This document shows positions 7,215 through 16,554 of a DNA stretch of 46,198 bases, in pieces; the first letter of the stretch is position 1; each line of letters begins with the position of its first letter. The position numbers and the translations under genes were made by a program. Origin of the DNA: a virus (lineage: Duplodnaviria; Caudoviricetes); IMG/VR virus record IMGVR_UViG_3300037424_000299, positions 1 to 46,198 of that record. The stretch is one strand, 5' to 3'. The notes under the pieces were generated by a model that had not been told where the DNA came from, did not search any database, and saw only the letters and a list, made by a program, of their open reading frames with translations.

Positions 7215-7735
7215 AAGCGACCACCGATGTATTATCACTTGACAGGGATTACATCTTGTCTAAATCGTTTCCCGTGTTCCCGCAATGCGGTATATACTTC
7301 CTTATACAGGATGACGAAATAGTGTACATCGGGCAGTCAGTACATATCCCTAATAGACTGAAAACACATCAAGGGGGCGAAAAGGTGTTCAATAAGGTTT
7401 TTTTTGTTGAGTGTAGCGGAAACGATTTAGATGAACTAGAGAAGCATTACATCAGATCGTTTACTCCAAAACTCAATAAGAAACTCTATCGAACCAGCAG
7501 GGCGTGGAGGGTCAAAAAAGAGAAGGTAGACAAGGCTGCAATAAGGGCTGCCGAAAAAGAGAGAAAGCGGCTCGAAAAACTAACTCGCCTTGAAGAGATC
7601 GAAAGGTGGTCTAGGGAGCAATACGCACTCGACATAAAACTATTGAATCCAAAAAGAGCGCAACTAGGAATGGAATTGCTTCCAGAAGATCCCGAAAACC
7701 TACAGCCAGTAGACCAGCGAAAGAAAGGGAAATAA
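7211..7735 (+). CDS. GIY-YIG domain protein
   Basis: GIYFLIQDDEIVYIGQS...RLKTH...ELEKHYIRSFTPKLN. Confidence 0.85.
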   Translation: MKATTDVLSLDRDYILSKSFPVFPQCGIYFLIQDDEIVYIGQSVHIPNRLKTHQGGEKVFNKVFFVECSGNDLDELEKHYIRSFTPKLNKKLYRTSRAWRVKKEKVDKAAIRAAEKERKRLEKLTRLEEIERWSREQYALDIKLLNPKRAQLGMELLPEDPENLQPVDQRKKGK

Positions 7736-8019
7736 TGGATAGCAGAAATATCAAATGCGACTGCGGGCATCCTGCCCACTTTCACCAAAGTGGCACATGC
7801 TCCGGGTACGCAGAAAACCCAAAGTACCTTTACCCAGACAAATATCACCTGGGCGGGCGCGAGTTTTCCCCGTTCTGTGGATGCACGCGCAGTCATTGGG
7901 ACGTAATCACCGAGTATATCAACGGCTTAGACGTCGCCCCCGCCGATCTGTTCACCGAGCGAAAGCAGAAAGGGAAGTGGGATGATGACAGACGTAAACA
8001 CACACAAGCACGATCTTGA
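7735..8019 (+). CDS. Hypothetical Cys/His-rich protein
   Basis: CDCGHPAHFH...C...CGC. Confidence 0.6.
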   Translation: MDSRNIKCDCGHPAHFHQSGTCSGYAENPKYLYPDKYHLGGREFSPFCGCTRSHWDVITEYINGLDVAPADLFTERKQKGKWDDDRRKHTQARS

Positions 8020-8299
8020 GGTAGCCGCCGGGCTGGCAAGCACCGGCGACGGCTGCGAACTGCTCCACATTCAGGTGTGGCCCGGTCACCACTATGCCGG
8101 AAAAACGTACCTGAGTGCGTGCCGTGATATAAATTCCTTGCTGAAAGAGAACGCCGACCTGCTGGAAGCGCTGGAACTGCTTTTAGGACTTACTCTAGGC
8201 TTGCAGGAAGATGATCCGTACTTCTTCGACCAGCGCGGCGGAGATGTGGCAGTATCTACCGCCCGCGCCGCGATAGCCCGCGCCCGAGGTGCCGAATGA
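7982..8299 (+). CDS. Hypothetical protein
   Basis: C-terminal DLLEALE...ARAAIARARG pattern common in phage early genes. Confidence 0.65.
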   Translation: MMTDVNTHKHDLEVAAGLASTGDGCELLHIQVWPGHHYAGKTYLSACRDINSLLKENADLLEALELLLGLTLGLQEDDPYFFDQRGGDVAVSTARAAIARARGAE

Positions 8300-8496
8300 A
8301 AAACGAAATGCTATACGGGCACACTGCCGAAGAGTGGATGTTAGCGTTACTTGACATCCTGGACGGAAGCGCAAACGCAAACGACATTCACTATAATACC
8401 GGGTTGAACGAGGAGCGCTGCAAAGAGATAGCACAGATGTTCAACGACGCTACAAAAGCAGGCTGGCCGCAACGTGAAGCCCGGGGTGATCAATGA
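8296..8496 (+). CDS. Hypothetical protein
   Basis: ATGA coupling. Confidence 0.6.
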   Translation: MKNEMLYGHTAEEWMLALLDILDGSANANDIHYNTGLNEERCKEIAQMFNDATKAGWPQREARGDQ

Positions 8497-8684
8497 TCTG
8501 CCCAGCCTGTAAGCACGAAGATACCCCGCCGCCCGGTGTCGAGCGGTGGGAAGAGTACGAGGGTAAGTTTACCGCACTCCGTGGTCTCTTTGCCATTCTG
8601 AACGAGGACGACGAATTGATCGGACTCGTTCAGCCCGTCACCGTCTACGCGTGCCCGCAATGCGGGGCGCTGATGACAGGATAG
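8493..8684 (+). CDS. Small zinc-ribbon protein
   Basis: CPAC...CPQC; ATGA coupling. Confidence 0.6.
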   Translation: MICPACKHEDTPPPGVERWEEYEGKFTALRGLFAILNEDDELIGLVQPVTVYACPQCGALMTG

Positions 8685-8691
8685 TAAGCCA

Positions 8692-9390
8692 CTATACCGG
8701 AGGTCCGAAACTTTCCATTCCACTGATTACCGAACAATACCCCCCGTACTCTGACGTTGGAACTGTAAAGTTTGATGTCCAGCGTGCGACGCCCTTGCTA
8801 ACCCGGAGTTCATCCATCCACCCGTTTAGGTTTTGAAGGGTCACAGTGTAGCCGGAACCACTCAAAACCGGACGTCCTGTGCCGATAAGGTAGTTGTTGC
8901 TATCCGTGTACGTGGAGCCTGTCTGTGTCCCGTCCAGAAACATTTTTGTTGACGTTCCCAGCCTTGCCACCGCGATGTGATACCACGTATTGACAGACAA
9001 AGCCCCTCCCGTAATTCTGTCCGCGCTGTCAGTGAAATAGCGGAGCGTGTTGTCGGCGGAGGCAATATAAATCGTCGGATAAAGCCCCTGTGTACTAGCT
9101 GGTCGGCAATCAAACAACGTGTACTGGACACTAACTGCCGCAAGTCTCACGTAGAACTCTACGGTAAAATCACCTGTTCCGAATGCGTAGCCTGCGCCGC
9201 CGTCGCCTGTTATATAATCACCCGTACCATCGAACAAAGCGGACGCCCCGCCAAATTTAGACTGCGCCGTGTCAATCTGCGCGTTGCCGTTCGCCGTCCA
9301 TGTATGACCGCCCTCGTCTGTGATAGTTGTAGACGTGTCTGTGCCGTTCATGTGGAGCAAAGAGACATAGAAAGAATCGAGGTATGCCAT
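8692..9390 (-). CDS. LamG/concanavalin A-like tail protein (candidate receptor binding)
   Basis: LLHMNG...SKFGGASALFDG...GDFTVEF...WYHIAVAR...GWMDELRVSKGVARW. Confidence 0.85.
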   Translation of the reverse strand: MAYLDSFYVSLLHMNGTDTSTTITDEGGHTWTANGNAQIDTAQSKFGGASALFDGTGDYITGDGGAGYAFGTGDFTVEFYVRLAAVSVQYTLFDCRPASTQGLYPTIYIASADNTLRYFTDSADRITGGALSVNTWYHIAVARLGTSTKMFLDGTQTGSTYTDSNNYLIGTGRPVLSGSGYTVTLQNLNGWMDELRVSKGVARWTSNFTVPTSEYGGYCSVISGMESFGPPV

Positions 9391-9392
9391 AG

Positions 9393-9908
9393 TTAATCGT
9401 AGGTGTAATAAACTTCAATGTAGAAATCTTTCCAATCGACGTGAGGCGCAGCGTCCATGAGGAAGTAGACGTACTTCCCGCTGGGAACGGTTGCGTCGTC
9501 AAACGAACTGGTTGCAGTAAAAGCCCCGCTGGTTGTGTCACATACGTCGATGACTACGGCGTTAGCAAAGCCGCCCGTCAGAATGTCGTCTGCATACTTC
9601 AAATCCCCAGCCAGTTCGGTAGTGGGTGTGGAGTCTGGTCCCTGGATGTGTATCCGCGTGATCGTAATAGCAGCTGAGGCACGAAACAAAACGACCTGCG
9701 CCCGCACGTTTGTATAGTATGCGTTCGGATTAGGAACGGTCCAGCATCTTTCGCGCGTGATGTCTCTTGAGACCTCAAGCACGAGGTTTGTTTCTGTCAT
9801 CTTCTTTGTTGCGGCCGTCCCTGCCGCGTCGTGAACTATCGGGATTAAATCTGTTCCCGCTGCAAATGTTGTTGCCTCGCTCAAAGCACTAATTTTTGCG
9901 TCTGCCAT
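9393..9908 (-). CDS. Tail fibre/accessory virion protein
   Basis: N-terminal MADAKISAL...DLIPIV...TKKMT motif typical of phage fibre proteins; beta-rich C-terminus. Confidence 0.7.
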   Translation of the reverse strand: MADAKISALSEATTFAAGTDLIPIVHDAAGTAATKKMTETNLVLEVSRDITRERCWTVPNPNAYYTNVRAQVVLFRASAAITITRIHIQGPDSTPTTELAGDLKYADDILTGGFANAVVIDVCDTTSGAFTATSSFDDATVPSGKYVYFLMDAAPHVDWKDFYIEVYYTYD

Positions 9909-9916
9909 TTACCCTC

Positions 9917-10768
9917 CTAGGGGGATGCTCTACCAACAGGTGCCCCGTTCGTTTCTCCCACCGCGAGATATTGCCCATCGAATACTTTCAGCGCACTCAA
10001 ATCCTGGTCTACAAAGTCGGCTAGTTCCCCGGTTCGCACTGCGAAGCCGTGAAACACAAGGGATTTGTTGTATAGTGCGCTGCCCACGGCATAGCCTGCG
10101 CTTACAGACGGCGTGCCGCTGTTGTATAGAGTTGTCACTTCGCCAGCGGTGAGGATGCGATTGTAAATGCGTGGGTCAAATAACATCCCATTGAAACCAG
10201 AGCCGTAATCAAATGGATTTTGTTTGTTTCCTATGAATACTTGCGTAGCATCCCTCGAATACTTCGTTCCTGCTGGTGTCGCGGTTTCGGTTAGTGTTGC
10301 CAACACCGAGCCATCATAATAAACAATTGGATCGTTGGTTGTAGCCCCGATGTCAAAAGTCATAACAACATGGTGCCACGCGTCCGCCTCGGGCGTAAAA
10401 GTTCCGCGCCATGAACCGGAAGCCGAGTCAAACATATTTGACTGGACGAAAATCTTAGGTGTTGTGTCTATGTTTTGCACGCCAAGCGCAATTCCTCCTG
10501 GGTCAACAGTAGTATTAATGAGGTCATGAACGAACACGCCACCCGGTTCGCTCAGGTCTGCCAAGTTGATCCATATACTAAAGGATATGGTTTCCGGTGT
10601 TTTGTCAGAATAGACGTTTGGCAGGTTGCCGAAGTCCATAGAATCTGTATATCCGACCCCGCCAAACTCCACAGCAATCGGTGATAACCCAGGCATGTTA
10701 TAGCCTCCCTTCGGCGTGCAGCCGAATAGCAGCGCCGCTAATAGTACGACCGGCAAACACTTGTTCAT
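9917..10768 (-). CDS. LamG-like protein with optional N-terminal lipoprotein signal (second start at 10696)
   Basis: TISFSIWI...WHHVVMTFD...FNGMLFDPRIYNRILTAGEVTTLYN; lipobox LFGC; two SD+ATG sites. Confidence 0.8.
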   Translation of the reverse strand: MNKCLPVVLLAALLFGCTPKGGYNMPGLSPIAVEFGGVGYTDSMDFGNLPNVYSDKTPETISFSIWINLADLSEPGGVFVHDLINTTVDPGGIALGVQNIDTTPKIFVQSNMFDSASGSWRGTFTPEADAWHHVVMTFDIGATTNDPIVYYDGSVLATLTETATPAGTKYSRDATQVFIGNKQNPFDYGSGFNGMLFDPRIYNRILTAGEVTTLYNSGTPSVSAGYAVGSALYNKSLVFHGFAVRTGELADFVDQDLSALKVFDGQYLAVGETNGAPVGRASP

Positions 10769-10786
10769 TGAACTTCCTTTCTTTGC

Positions 10787-12331
10787 TCATGATAGGTACG
10801 ACAACGCCTCTTTTACGATCCAGGTCACTTTTATGATCGGTCCTTTCATCTCGAAGCCGATACCTTGCACATAATAATTTCCATCTATACTCAATTCTGT
10901 AATCTCGACCCGCCGCAGGTAGCCGATCCGTGTGTGCAAAAACAACATCATGTGATTCGCGCTTTTATTGGCAGTAAACGGAATAGAGCGCAGGACTACG
11001 CGCGGGTCTTTATGCTCTTCGACCGTGCTCTCAGCAAACACCGATCCGCTGTAAAGTGTGTTCTGGTATTTCTGGTGTAGTGTCTCGCTTTCGGTCTCGT
11101 GCTCTGTAATAGATGTTGCGTCACTCGCCGCATGCTGGGTTGGGTTGTCAAAGGTGATACTTGTCCCACGCGGAGAAAACGTATAAACGTACATCGTAGA
11201 TGCGTTGCTGTTATACAAATCGACGCTGTAACCGTCTGTGCCGGGATCCCAATTGTTGAGCGTCAGACTGGACGTGATATTAGATCCACCACCGCCCGTT
11301 GCCGTGAACGCGGAACAGTCTGTACCCGTGGACGGGACAGGCTCAATCCATCCCTGTGCGTTGATCGGCAAACCGCCGTCAGGGTTTGCCCATGTGCCCT
11401 TGAGCGGGTAGGTCTGCCCGGAGCCGATAATGATCTCTTTATCTAGCTGGAACAACACCACGGGCGAAGCGCTCAACCTGCGCGGGTATGCCCACACTGT
11501 ACACTTGTTTATCTGGTTGTCGCCATACGGAGCGTCGAAATCCCCGACAAATGAGCCGTCCAGTGTTGGGGTGGTCTGTACCTCGTTCAAAATGATCTTA
11601 TCGCCCGTTTCCAGCAACAAATAAAAGTCATCCTCTTTTTTGAGAAAGCCGGAGTCGGATGTGGCTTTGGGGATCTCGCCAACGTCTCGCCAGCCGTAAC
11701 GCGCGTTAGCGGCTTCAAATCGCAGGGTTTCGCCGTATGTACTATCTTTGTCAAGGTACACATACCCAAGTTCCGAAAGTGCAACTTTCTCGAACTCATC
11801 AGTCGCGTGCGTGCTTGATGTAACTGTGTCAAATGTGGTAGGAAACGTTTCTACGCCGGTATCAAAATCAGTAGCCTGGGGCGTGATCTCGATAAGCCCG
11901 TTCAGCGTTGTAAGCATTTCATCACCGCGCTGGCTTGTCTGGATACCAGGATTGACAATCGGGTGCCTGTCTGCGTAATCGAGCCAGTCCACAAGGTCTA
12001 CCCTGACAAGTTTGTCTTTGATAAGCGGTTTAGGGTCGATGTCATCGATATACCAGCGGTACACGTACTCTGACCCCTCGAATGTGATCTGTGTCTTGAC
12101 AGGTATGCCCTTCTTGAATCCCGCCAGCGCGCTCGGCCCGCCGGGGGTGTACAGCCCGCCAGAGTTGTTCAGCCATAGCGTGCAGTATCCGGGGCGGGCA
12201 GTGCGGTCCAGCGGGGAGTTGCTGGACATGCCCCAAAAGCCGCTAATCGCACGCGCGCCGCCTGCGTCGTTGAGTTCCGTCCAGCTTGACGAAATCCAAG
12301 CATAGAATTTCGTAGATGCATTAACCTGCAT
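10787..12331 (-). CDS. Minor tail/baseplate hub protein
   Basis: 514-aa beta-rich ORF directly after the tape measure gene. Confidence 0.7.
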   Translation of the reverse strand: MQVNASTKFYAWISSSWTELNDAGGARAISGFWGMSSNSPLDRTARPGYCTLWLNNSGGLYTPGGPSALAGFKKGIPVKTQITFEGSEYVYRWYIDDIDPKPLIKDKLVRVDLVDWLDYADRHPIVNPGIQTSQRGDEMLTTLNGLIEITPQATDFDTGVETFPTTFDTVTSSTHATDEFEKVALSELGYVYLDKDSTYGETLRFEAANARYGWRDVGEIPKATSDSGFLKKEDDFYLLLETGDKIILNEVQTTPTLDGSFVGDFDAPYGDNQINKCTVWAYPRRLSASPVVLFQLDKEIIIGSGQTYPLKGTWANPDGGLPINAQGWIEPVPSTGTDCSAFTATGGGGSNITSSLTLNNWDPGTDGYSVDLYNSNASTMYVYTFSPRGTSITFDNPTQHAASDATSITEHETESETLHQKYQNTLYSGSVFAESTVEEHKDPRVVLRSIPFTANKSANHMMLFLHTRIGYLRRVEITELSIDGNYYVQGIGFEMKGPIIKVTWIVKEALSYLS

Positions 12332-14016
12332 TATCCACGCCTCAGTTCACGCGCCAGTTCCTCGGCTATCATGCGCGCCTCTTTTCGCCCAAAGAAGTTC
12401 TGTCCCTCCTGCGCAATAGCCAGCTTTTCTCTGCCCGAGGCAGTGTCGCTGCCACCCATCCTAAAACCCTCGTTACCGTAGGATGATGGGATCTCAAACA
12501 CGCCGCCCGATGCGTGCGGAGTAGCCGGTCCGCTCTGACTGGCGTAAGGGTTATAGTTGGGTCCGCTTGTGTATGTATTGACGTGGTTTGTTGTGATCGT
12601 GACGGTTCTTTCGACATTTGGGATGCTGTTCAGACTGGATGCGAGACTCTGCGCGGCTGACTCTTCCTCGCGCATTCGTGCGGCGGCTTCCTGGGTGTAG
12701 ACGCCCATTGCCAAGCCCCGCTCAATCAGCCCGTTTTTTTCCTCATTTGTCAGCCCGTCAATAGACAGGAGTTCTTCGGCGCGCGACAGGATACGTCGGT
12801 TTGTTGCGTCCTGGAACTGGTCCGCGTTTTCCTGCTGTTTCTGTGCATTTTCAGCCAGCTTCGCATTAACATCTAAGACCGCGTCGCTCTCTGCCCACCA
12901 GCCATATTTGATAAGTTGCGCCTTCTTTGCGGTGAGTTCGTCATGCTCCTTTTTTAGGTCGGCTTGCTTGTCTTTGTACGTTTCGATAATCCCGGTAATG
13001 TTTTCAAGCACGGAAAGCTCATTGCGATTTGCCTCGGTCATAGCCTTGATTGCCTGTTCCGCGGCTTTCTGCTCCTCCGCCAGGCGCTTCGTCATCTCGG
13101 CTTCATCTTCAAACGCGCCGGTCGCCTCGCCTGCTACTTGTTCCGCTTCTGCCAGCGCTGCCGTGTTTTCGTCGTGGGCTTGTCTAAGATCGTGAATTCG
13201 ATGGTATAGATTGACAAGCGGGATTCCATCCAGCGCGTCTTTCCAGTCCCAGCCAGCGTCTATATTTTTCTTACTTGCCGTCAGAAGGTCAGTCATTACC
13301 GGGACGGTTTTCTGTCCGATCTGCATTGTGAACCCGTCCCACGCGTCGTTAAGTTCGTCAACAGCCACGCGGTACTGTTCCGCCTGCTTGAAGCCTTCTT
13401 CTGTAACAATAAGATTGTCATCAATAGCCGCGCTCATTTCACGGATAGATTTCCCGCCCTTCTCCATGATCTTTGCCATTTCGTCGCCAGATTTCCCGAA
13501 GCGGTCGAGTAAATATTGTGTGCGCTCAACGCCAGGCGCAAGTTTCAGGTACTCATCCGACATCCGCGCCAGCCCTTCGATATTAGGCTCAAACCCGTCC
13601 TTCTGTGCCAGTTTCATCGAAGTTTTCAGCGCGTCGAATGATATACCTACATCGTCGGCTACCTGAATTAGTCGGCTCGCCTCTTCGGTGGTTGATCCTA
13701 ATGTGCGCGCGGCTTGTCCTACCTCAATAGCGTAATCTGCAAACTTCTGCCCGGTTTCATCCCATACCGCCTGTCCGACGCGGACAACATCCAGTACGGT
13801 CTGATACATAGAGCGGAAGTCGGTCCACGACATAGTGGACTTTTGGACCGCCGCCGCTTCACGCTTGGCTTGGTCCTCAAGTATTTTGCCGTTCGTCTGC
13901 ACGCGCGACTTAACGCGTTCGAGTTCAGCGACAACCTTTTCGCTTTCTCGGATCATCTTGTATGATTCCGCGTCGAACGGGATGGTTACTTTTCCACTAC
14001 CTGTCACTAAGGGCAT
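12331..14016 (-). CDS. Tape measure protein
   Basis: Ala/Glu-rich helical 561 aa with C-terminal HASGG; follows the tail chaperones. Confidence 0.85.
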   Translation of the reverse strand: MPLVTGSGKVTIPFDAESYKMIRESEKVVAELERVKSRVQTNGKILEDQAKREAAAVQKSTMSWTDFRSMYQTVLDVVRVGQAVWDETGQKFADYAIEVGQAARTLGSTTEEASRLIQVADDVGISFDALKTSMKLAQKDGFEPNIEGLARMSDEYLKLAPGVERTQYLLDRFGKSGDEMAKIMEKGGKSIREMSAAIDDNLIVTEEGFKQAEQYRVAVDELNDAWDGFTMQIGQKTVPVMTDLLTASKKNIDAGWDWKDALDGIPLVNLYHRIHDLRQAHDENTAALAEAEQVAGEATGAFEDEAEMTKRLAEEQKAAEQAIKAMTEANRNELSVLENITGIIETYKDKQADLKKEHDELTAKKAQLIKYGWWAESDAVLDVNAKLAENAQKQQENADQFQDATNRRILSRAEELLSIDGLTNEEKNGLIERGLAMGVYTQEAAARMREEESAAQSLASSLNSIPNVERTVTITTNHVNTYTSGPNYNPYASQSGPATPHASGGVFEIPSSYGNEGFRMGGSDTASGREKLAIAQEGQNFFGRKEARMIAEELARELRRG

Positions 14017-14272
14017 ATAGTCTCTCAGCCTCGTTTAGTAGTTCCGCTTGTTTCGGGTTGGACCCCGCCCACTCTGCCCAATTGGTCGAGCGCTGGCGGG
14101 ATTGATGGGCTACTGCAATGTTCTCGGCGCATATCAGGCGGCAGTATTCACCGAATAAAAAGACGCGCCGCCCGGTGATCGGTTCCAGCCCGAAGCGTTC
14201 TATCCGGCGGAGCTTTTCGATCTCGGGGGAGTATGCGCCCTCGCTTGCGTGTGCATACGCGAGGGCTTTCAC
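13997..14272 (-). CDS. Tail assembly chaperone, frameshift extension (gpT-like)
   Basis: Open in the -1 frame after the slippery site CCCAAAC. Confidence 0.7.
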   Translation of the reverse strand: MKALAYAHASEGAYSPEIEKLRRIERFGLEPITGRRVFLFGEYCRLICAENIAVAHQSRQRSTNWAEWAGSNPKQAELLNEAERLYALSDR

Positions 14273-14607
14273 GCGTTTGGGATTTCATCCTCTTCATCAT
14301 AGATCGCTGTGATTTCACCCCACAACCACTCAATTAGTTTATGCCGTGCAGACTGGGGCGACATCGGCAGAGTCTCAGCGGTGGGGGAGGTGGGTATGTT
14401 TTGCAGTTCCCACTTTTCGACGCAGGCGAAGACCGCCGAGAGATAACGCTTGTCAAGTTCCAGGTAAGAAACAGTGTCGCCTGCCTTGAAGTCTGCGAAC
14501 GAGCGCCGCGCATCTCCAATTGCTTCGGCTTGCGGCAGGAGCAGCGGCTCATACAGAGTCACCGTACCGGGGAAACGCTTTACAGGGGATGTGATTACTT
14601 TAGACAT
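14269..14607 (-). CDS. Tail assembly chaperone (gpG-like)
   Basis: RBS TAGGAG, MSKVITSP; lies between tail tube and TMP. Confidence 0.75.
   Translation of the reverse strand: MSKVITSPVKRFPGTVTLYEPLLLPQAEAIGDARRSFADFKAGDTVSYLELDKRYLSAVFACVEKWELQNIPTSPTAETLPMSPQSARHKLIEWLWGEITAIYDEEDEIPNA
14275..14281 (-). promoter_or_regulatory. Programmed -1 frameshift slippery site C CCA AAC
   Basis: XXXYYYZ heptamer in the correct frame, just before the chaperone stop codon. Confidence 0.8.
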
Positions 14608-14620
14608 TACTCCTAACTTT

Positions 14621-15073
14621 CTACGTTTCGTTCGTCGTCCCAAATGCCGGGGCGGTTGCACCGAATACGTCAAATGACGCATCAATACTTTCAACGCCAT
14701 TTACCTTTAGTGCGGTAATCACATAGCCGCTTGTCGCGGACGCGGTAATACCAAACTGCGGCTCACCCGTCACCTGTGTTTGACGAACACCAAACCGTAC
14801 ATCAAGGGCCAGGGGAGTTATTGGACTCAATGCGATTAGATGCGCCAATATCACAGTGTCAAAAACAAATTTCACTGAAAGCGGACAGGCTGGAATACCC
14901 ACCACCACATTCTTTGACCCGTCACTTACGGCTTCAACATTGGACACGTCGTATTCCAAGCCCACTGAAGGGGCGTCTTTCAAATATGCGGTGAGGTCGG
15001 TCAACACACCGGCGTTTGTGTCCAGCCAAAACGATACATATTTAAGGTTCGTTCTTCCTGCATTAACTGTCAT
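14621..15073 (-). CDS. Major tail tube protein
   Basis: Position, size (150 aa), beta-rich; strong RBS AGGAG. Confidence 0.7.
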   Translation of the reverse strand: MTVNAGRTNLKYVSFWLDTNAGVLTDLTAYLKDAPSVGLEYDVSNVEAVSDGSKNVVVGIPACPLSVKFVFDTVILAHLIALSPITPLALDVRFGVRQTQVTGEPQFGITASATSGYVITALKVNGVESIDASFDVFGATAPAFGTTNET

Positions 15074-15083
15074 TGTTTATCTC

Positions 15084-15860
15084 CTATAACCATAGTCTGC
15101 GGTGGAAGCCGCATAAAAATGTCGCTGTTCCCGCCGATCCAAAAGCGATTTGCCAACGCAAATAACGCTTAACCGCCAATGTCGCGCTTGTTGCCACCAT
15201 ACCGTGTTTCGGAGTGACGGCTGCTGTAATACTTCCGCTTGTTGCAATTGCTCCGCTTGCTGTAAATGCGGCGTCTGAATTTGTATCGCTATCTTCTACA
15301 GTCAGAGTAACAGACACATCGCTGGAGAATAGATGGTAGACGAATATTCCGCCCAGCGATGGGGGAGTAGCGCCGTAGTCGTCTATTCCTATTGCGGAAT
15401 TTACGGCGGTTACTGCGGATTTGGCATGTAGCAATCTGCCAAAAGGACAGCCGAACCCAAGAGCCTGTAAGGTATTCGTGGACGTCGGGCCGCCCCAGCC
15501 GATGTTTACCGCAACACCCTCGGACTTATAAGACGCCTGTTCCGTCGGCGTTGAGAAAATAAAATCGCCTTGCGCGGGTACAGCCAGCGCGCCATAAGCG
15601 ATGGTATATGTATGTGTTCCAGCGCCAGACTTTAGAAGTTCATGACTGCCTATGGCGGGCGATGTTTCAGGGGCAAGAAAAGCGTTTAGGGGATCTACCT
15701 GAATTGTCATTTGCCCGTTGACTATGTTTTTACAATCATCAGTGAGCGAGGCGTCGGGGGTATTGTCAAACCCATATCCAAGAGTCCCGAAGGAGCGGGA
15801 GTTTCCGCTTACGTCGTATCCACTGACATAAGCACGGCAATATTTCAAGTGAGTTCTCAT
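15084..15860 (-). CDS. Tail-tube-like paralog with C-terminal extension
   Basis: N-terminus RTHLKY...DDCKNIVNG resembles RTNLKY...DGSKNVVVG of the adjacent gene. Confidence 0.6.
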   Translation of the reverse strand: MRTHLKYCRAYVSGYDVSGNSRSFGTLGYGFDNTPDASLTDDCKNIVNGQMTIQVDPLNAFLAPETSPAIGSHELLKSGAGTHTYTIAYGALAVPAQGDFIFSTPTEQASYKSEGVAVNIGWGGPTSTNTLQALGFGCPFGRLLHAKSAVTAVNSAIGIDDYGATPPSLGGIFVYHLFSSDVSVTLTVEDSDTNSDAAFTASGAIATSGSITAAVTPKHGMVATSATLAVKRYLRWQIAFGSAGTATFLCGFHRRLWL

Positions 15861-16102
15861 ACCCTCCTCCCTTTGCGTTGTTTCTTTGGTGTTACATGTT
15901 CGCTGTTGGTGTAAGCGGTTGTTTGAGTGAGGAATTTGACAACTACCTCGTGTATCGGTTCTCCGTCCTCGACTTCCTCAACCACGCCCAGCCGAATCAG
16001 TTCAATTGCAGCCTGGTGGTCTAATTCGGCAATATCATCAACGTCGTATGTTTTCATTGCGGTTTCACGCCCGCTGTAACCAAACAGAAATTTAACTCTC
16101 AT
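15857..16102 (-). CDS. Small hypothetical structural-module protein
   Basis: ATGA coupling on both sides. Confidence 0.65.
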   Translation of the reverse strand: MRVKFLFGYSGRETAMKTYDVDDIAELDHQAAIELIRLGVVEEVEDGEPIHEVVVKFLTQTTAYTNSEHVTPKKQRKGRRV

Positions 16103-16554
16103 TGTACAAACTCCAATACTCTCAAGGCGATGTCAACGCCGTGATATTGATTCTGCCCTGCCAGGTCTGTCATTGCTCCGATGTCGGAAACAACCGGTTC
16201 GTCAATATCAATAGCGCCGCCCAGTGACGTATTTCCTAGCACCACCTCTACGATAGTGACCATGTTGGAAAGAATACCTGCGTAGTTTTCTAGTGTTGAC
16301 CCGCTTCCGATGGGGGCGTGTAAGTAGCGATAATTCAAGACATACACAACATTTATTTTTCGCGTGCTGTCGTCGCCTAGCGACTCCCTGCTTGTGTGGA
16401 AGTCTGTCACAAAGCCGTTAGGGACCGGGAAGAAAGCAGGGCAGGAGTCAATGCAGTTCAATGGTATGTGGTCAATGTCGAACATATTGACGCCTGTTAT
16501 AGTTAGTCCCGATATTGCGTCGGCAATAGCTTTGAGTTTGATTTCTATCGTCAT
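16099..16554 (-). CDS. Tail terminator/completion-like protein
   Basis: Position after the adaptor, size 151 aa. Confidence 0.55.
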   Translation of the reverse strand: MTIEIKLKAIADAISGLTITGVNMFDIDHIPLNCIDSCPAFFPVPNGFVTDFHTSRESLGDDSTRKINVVYVLNYRYLHAPIGSGSTLENYAGILSNMVTIVEVVLGNTSLGGAIDIDEPVVSDIGAMTDLAGQNQYHGVDIALRVLEFVQ

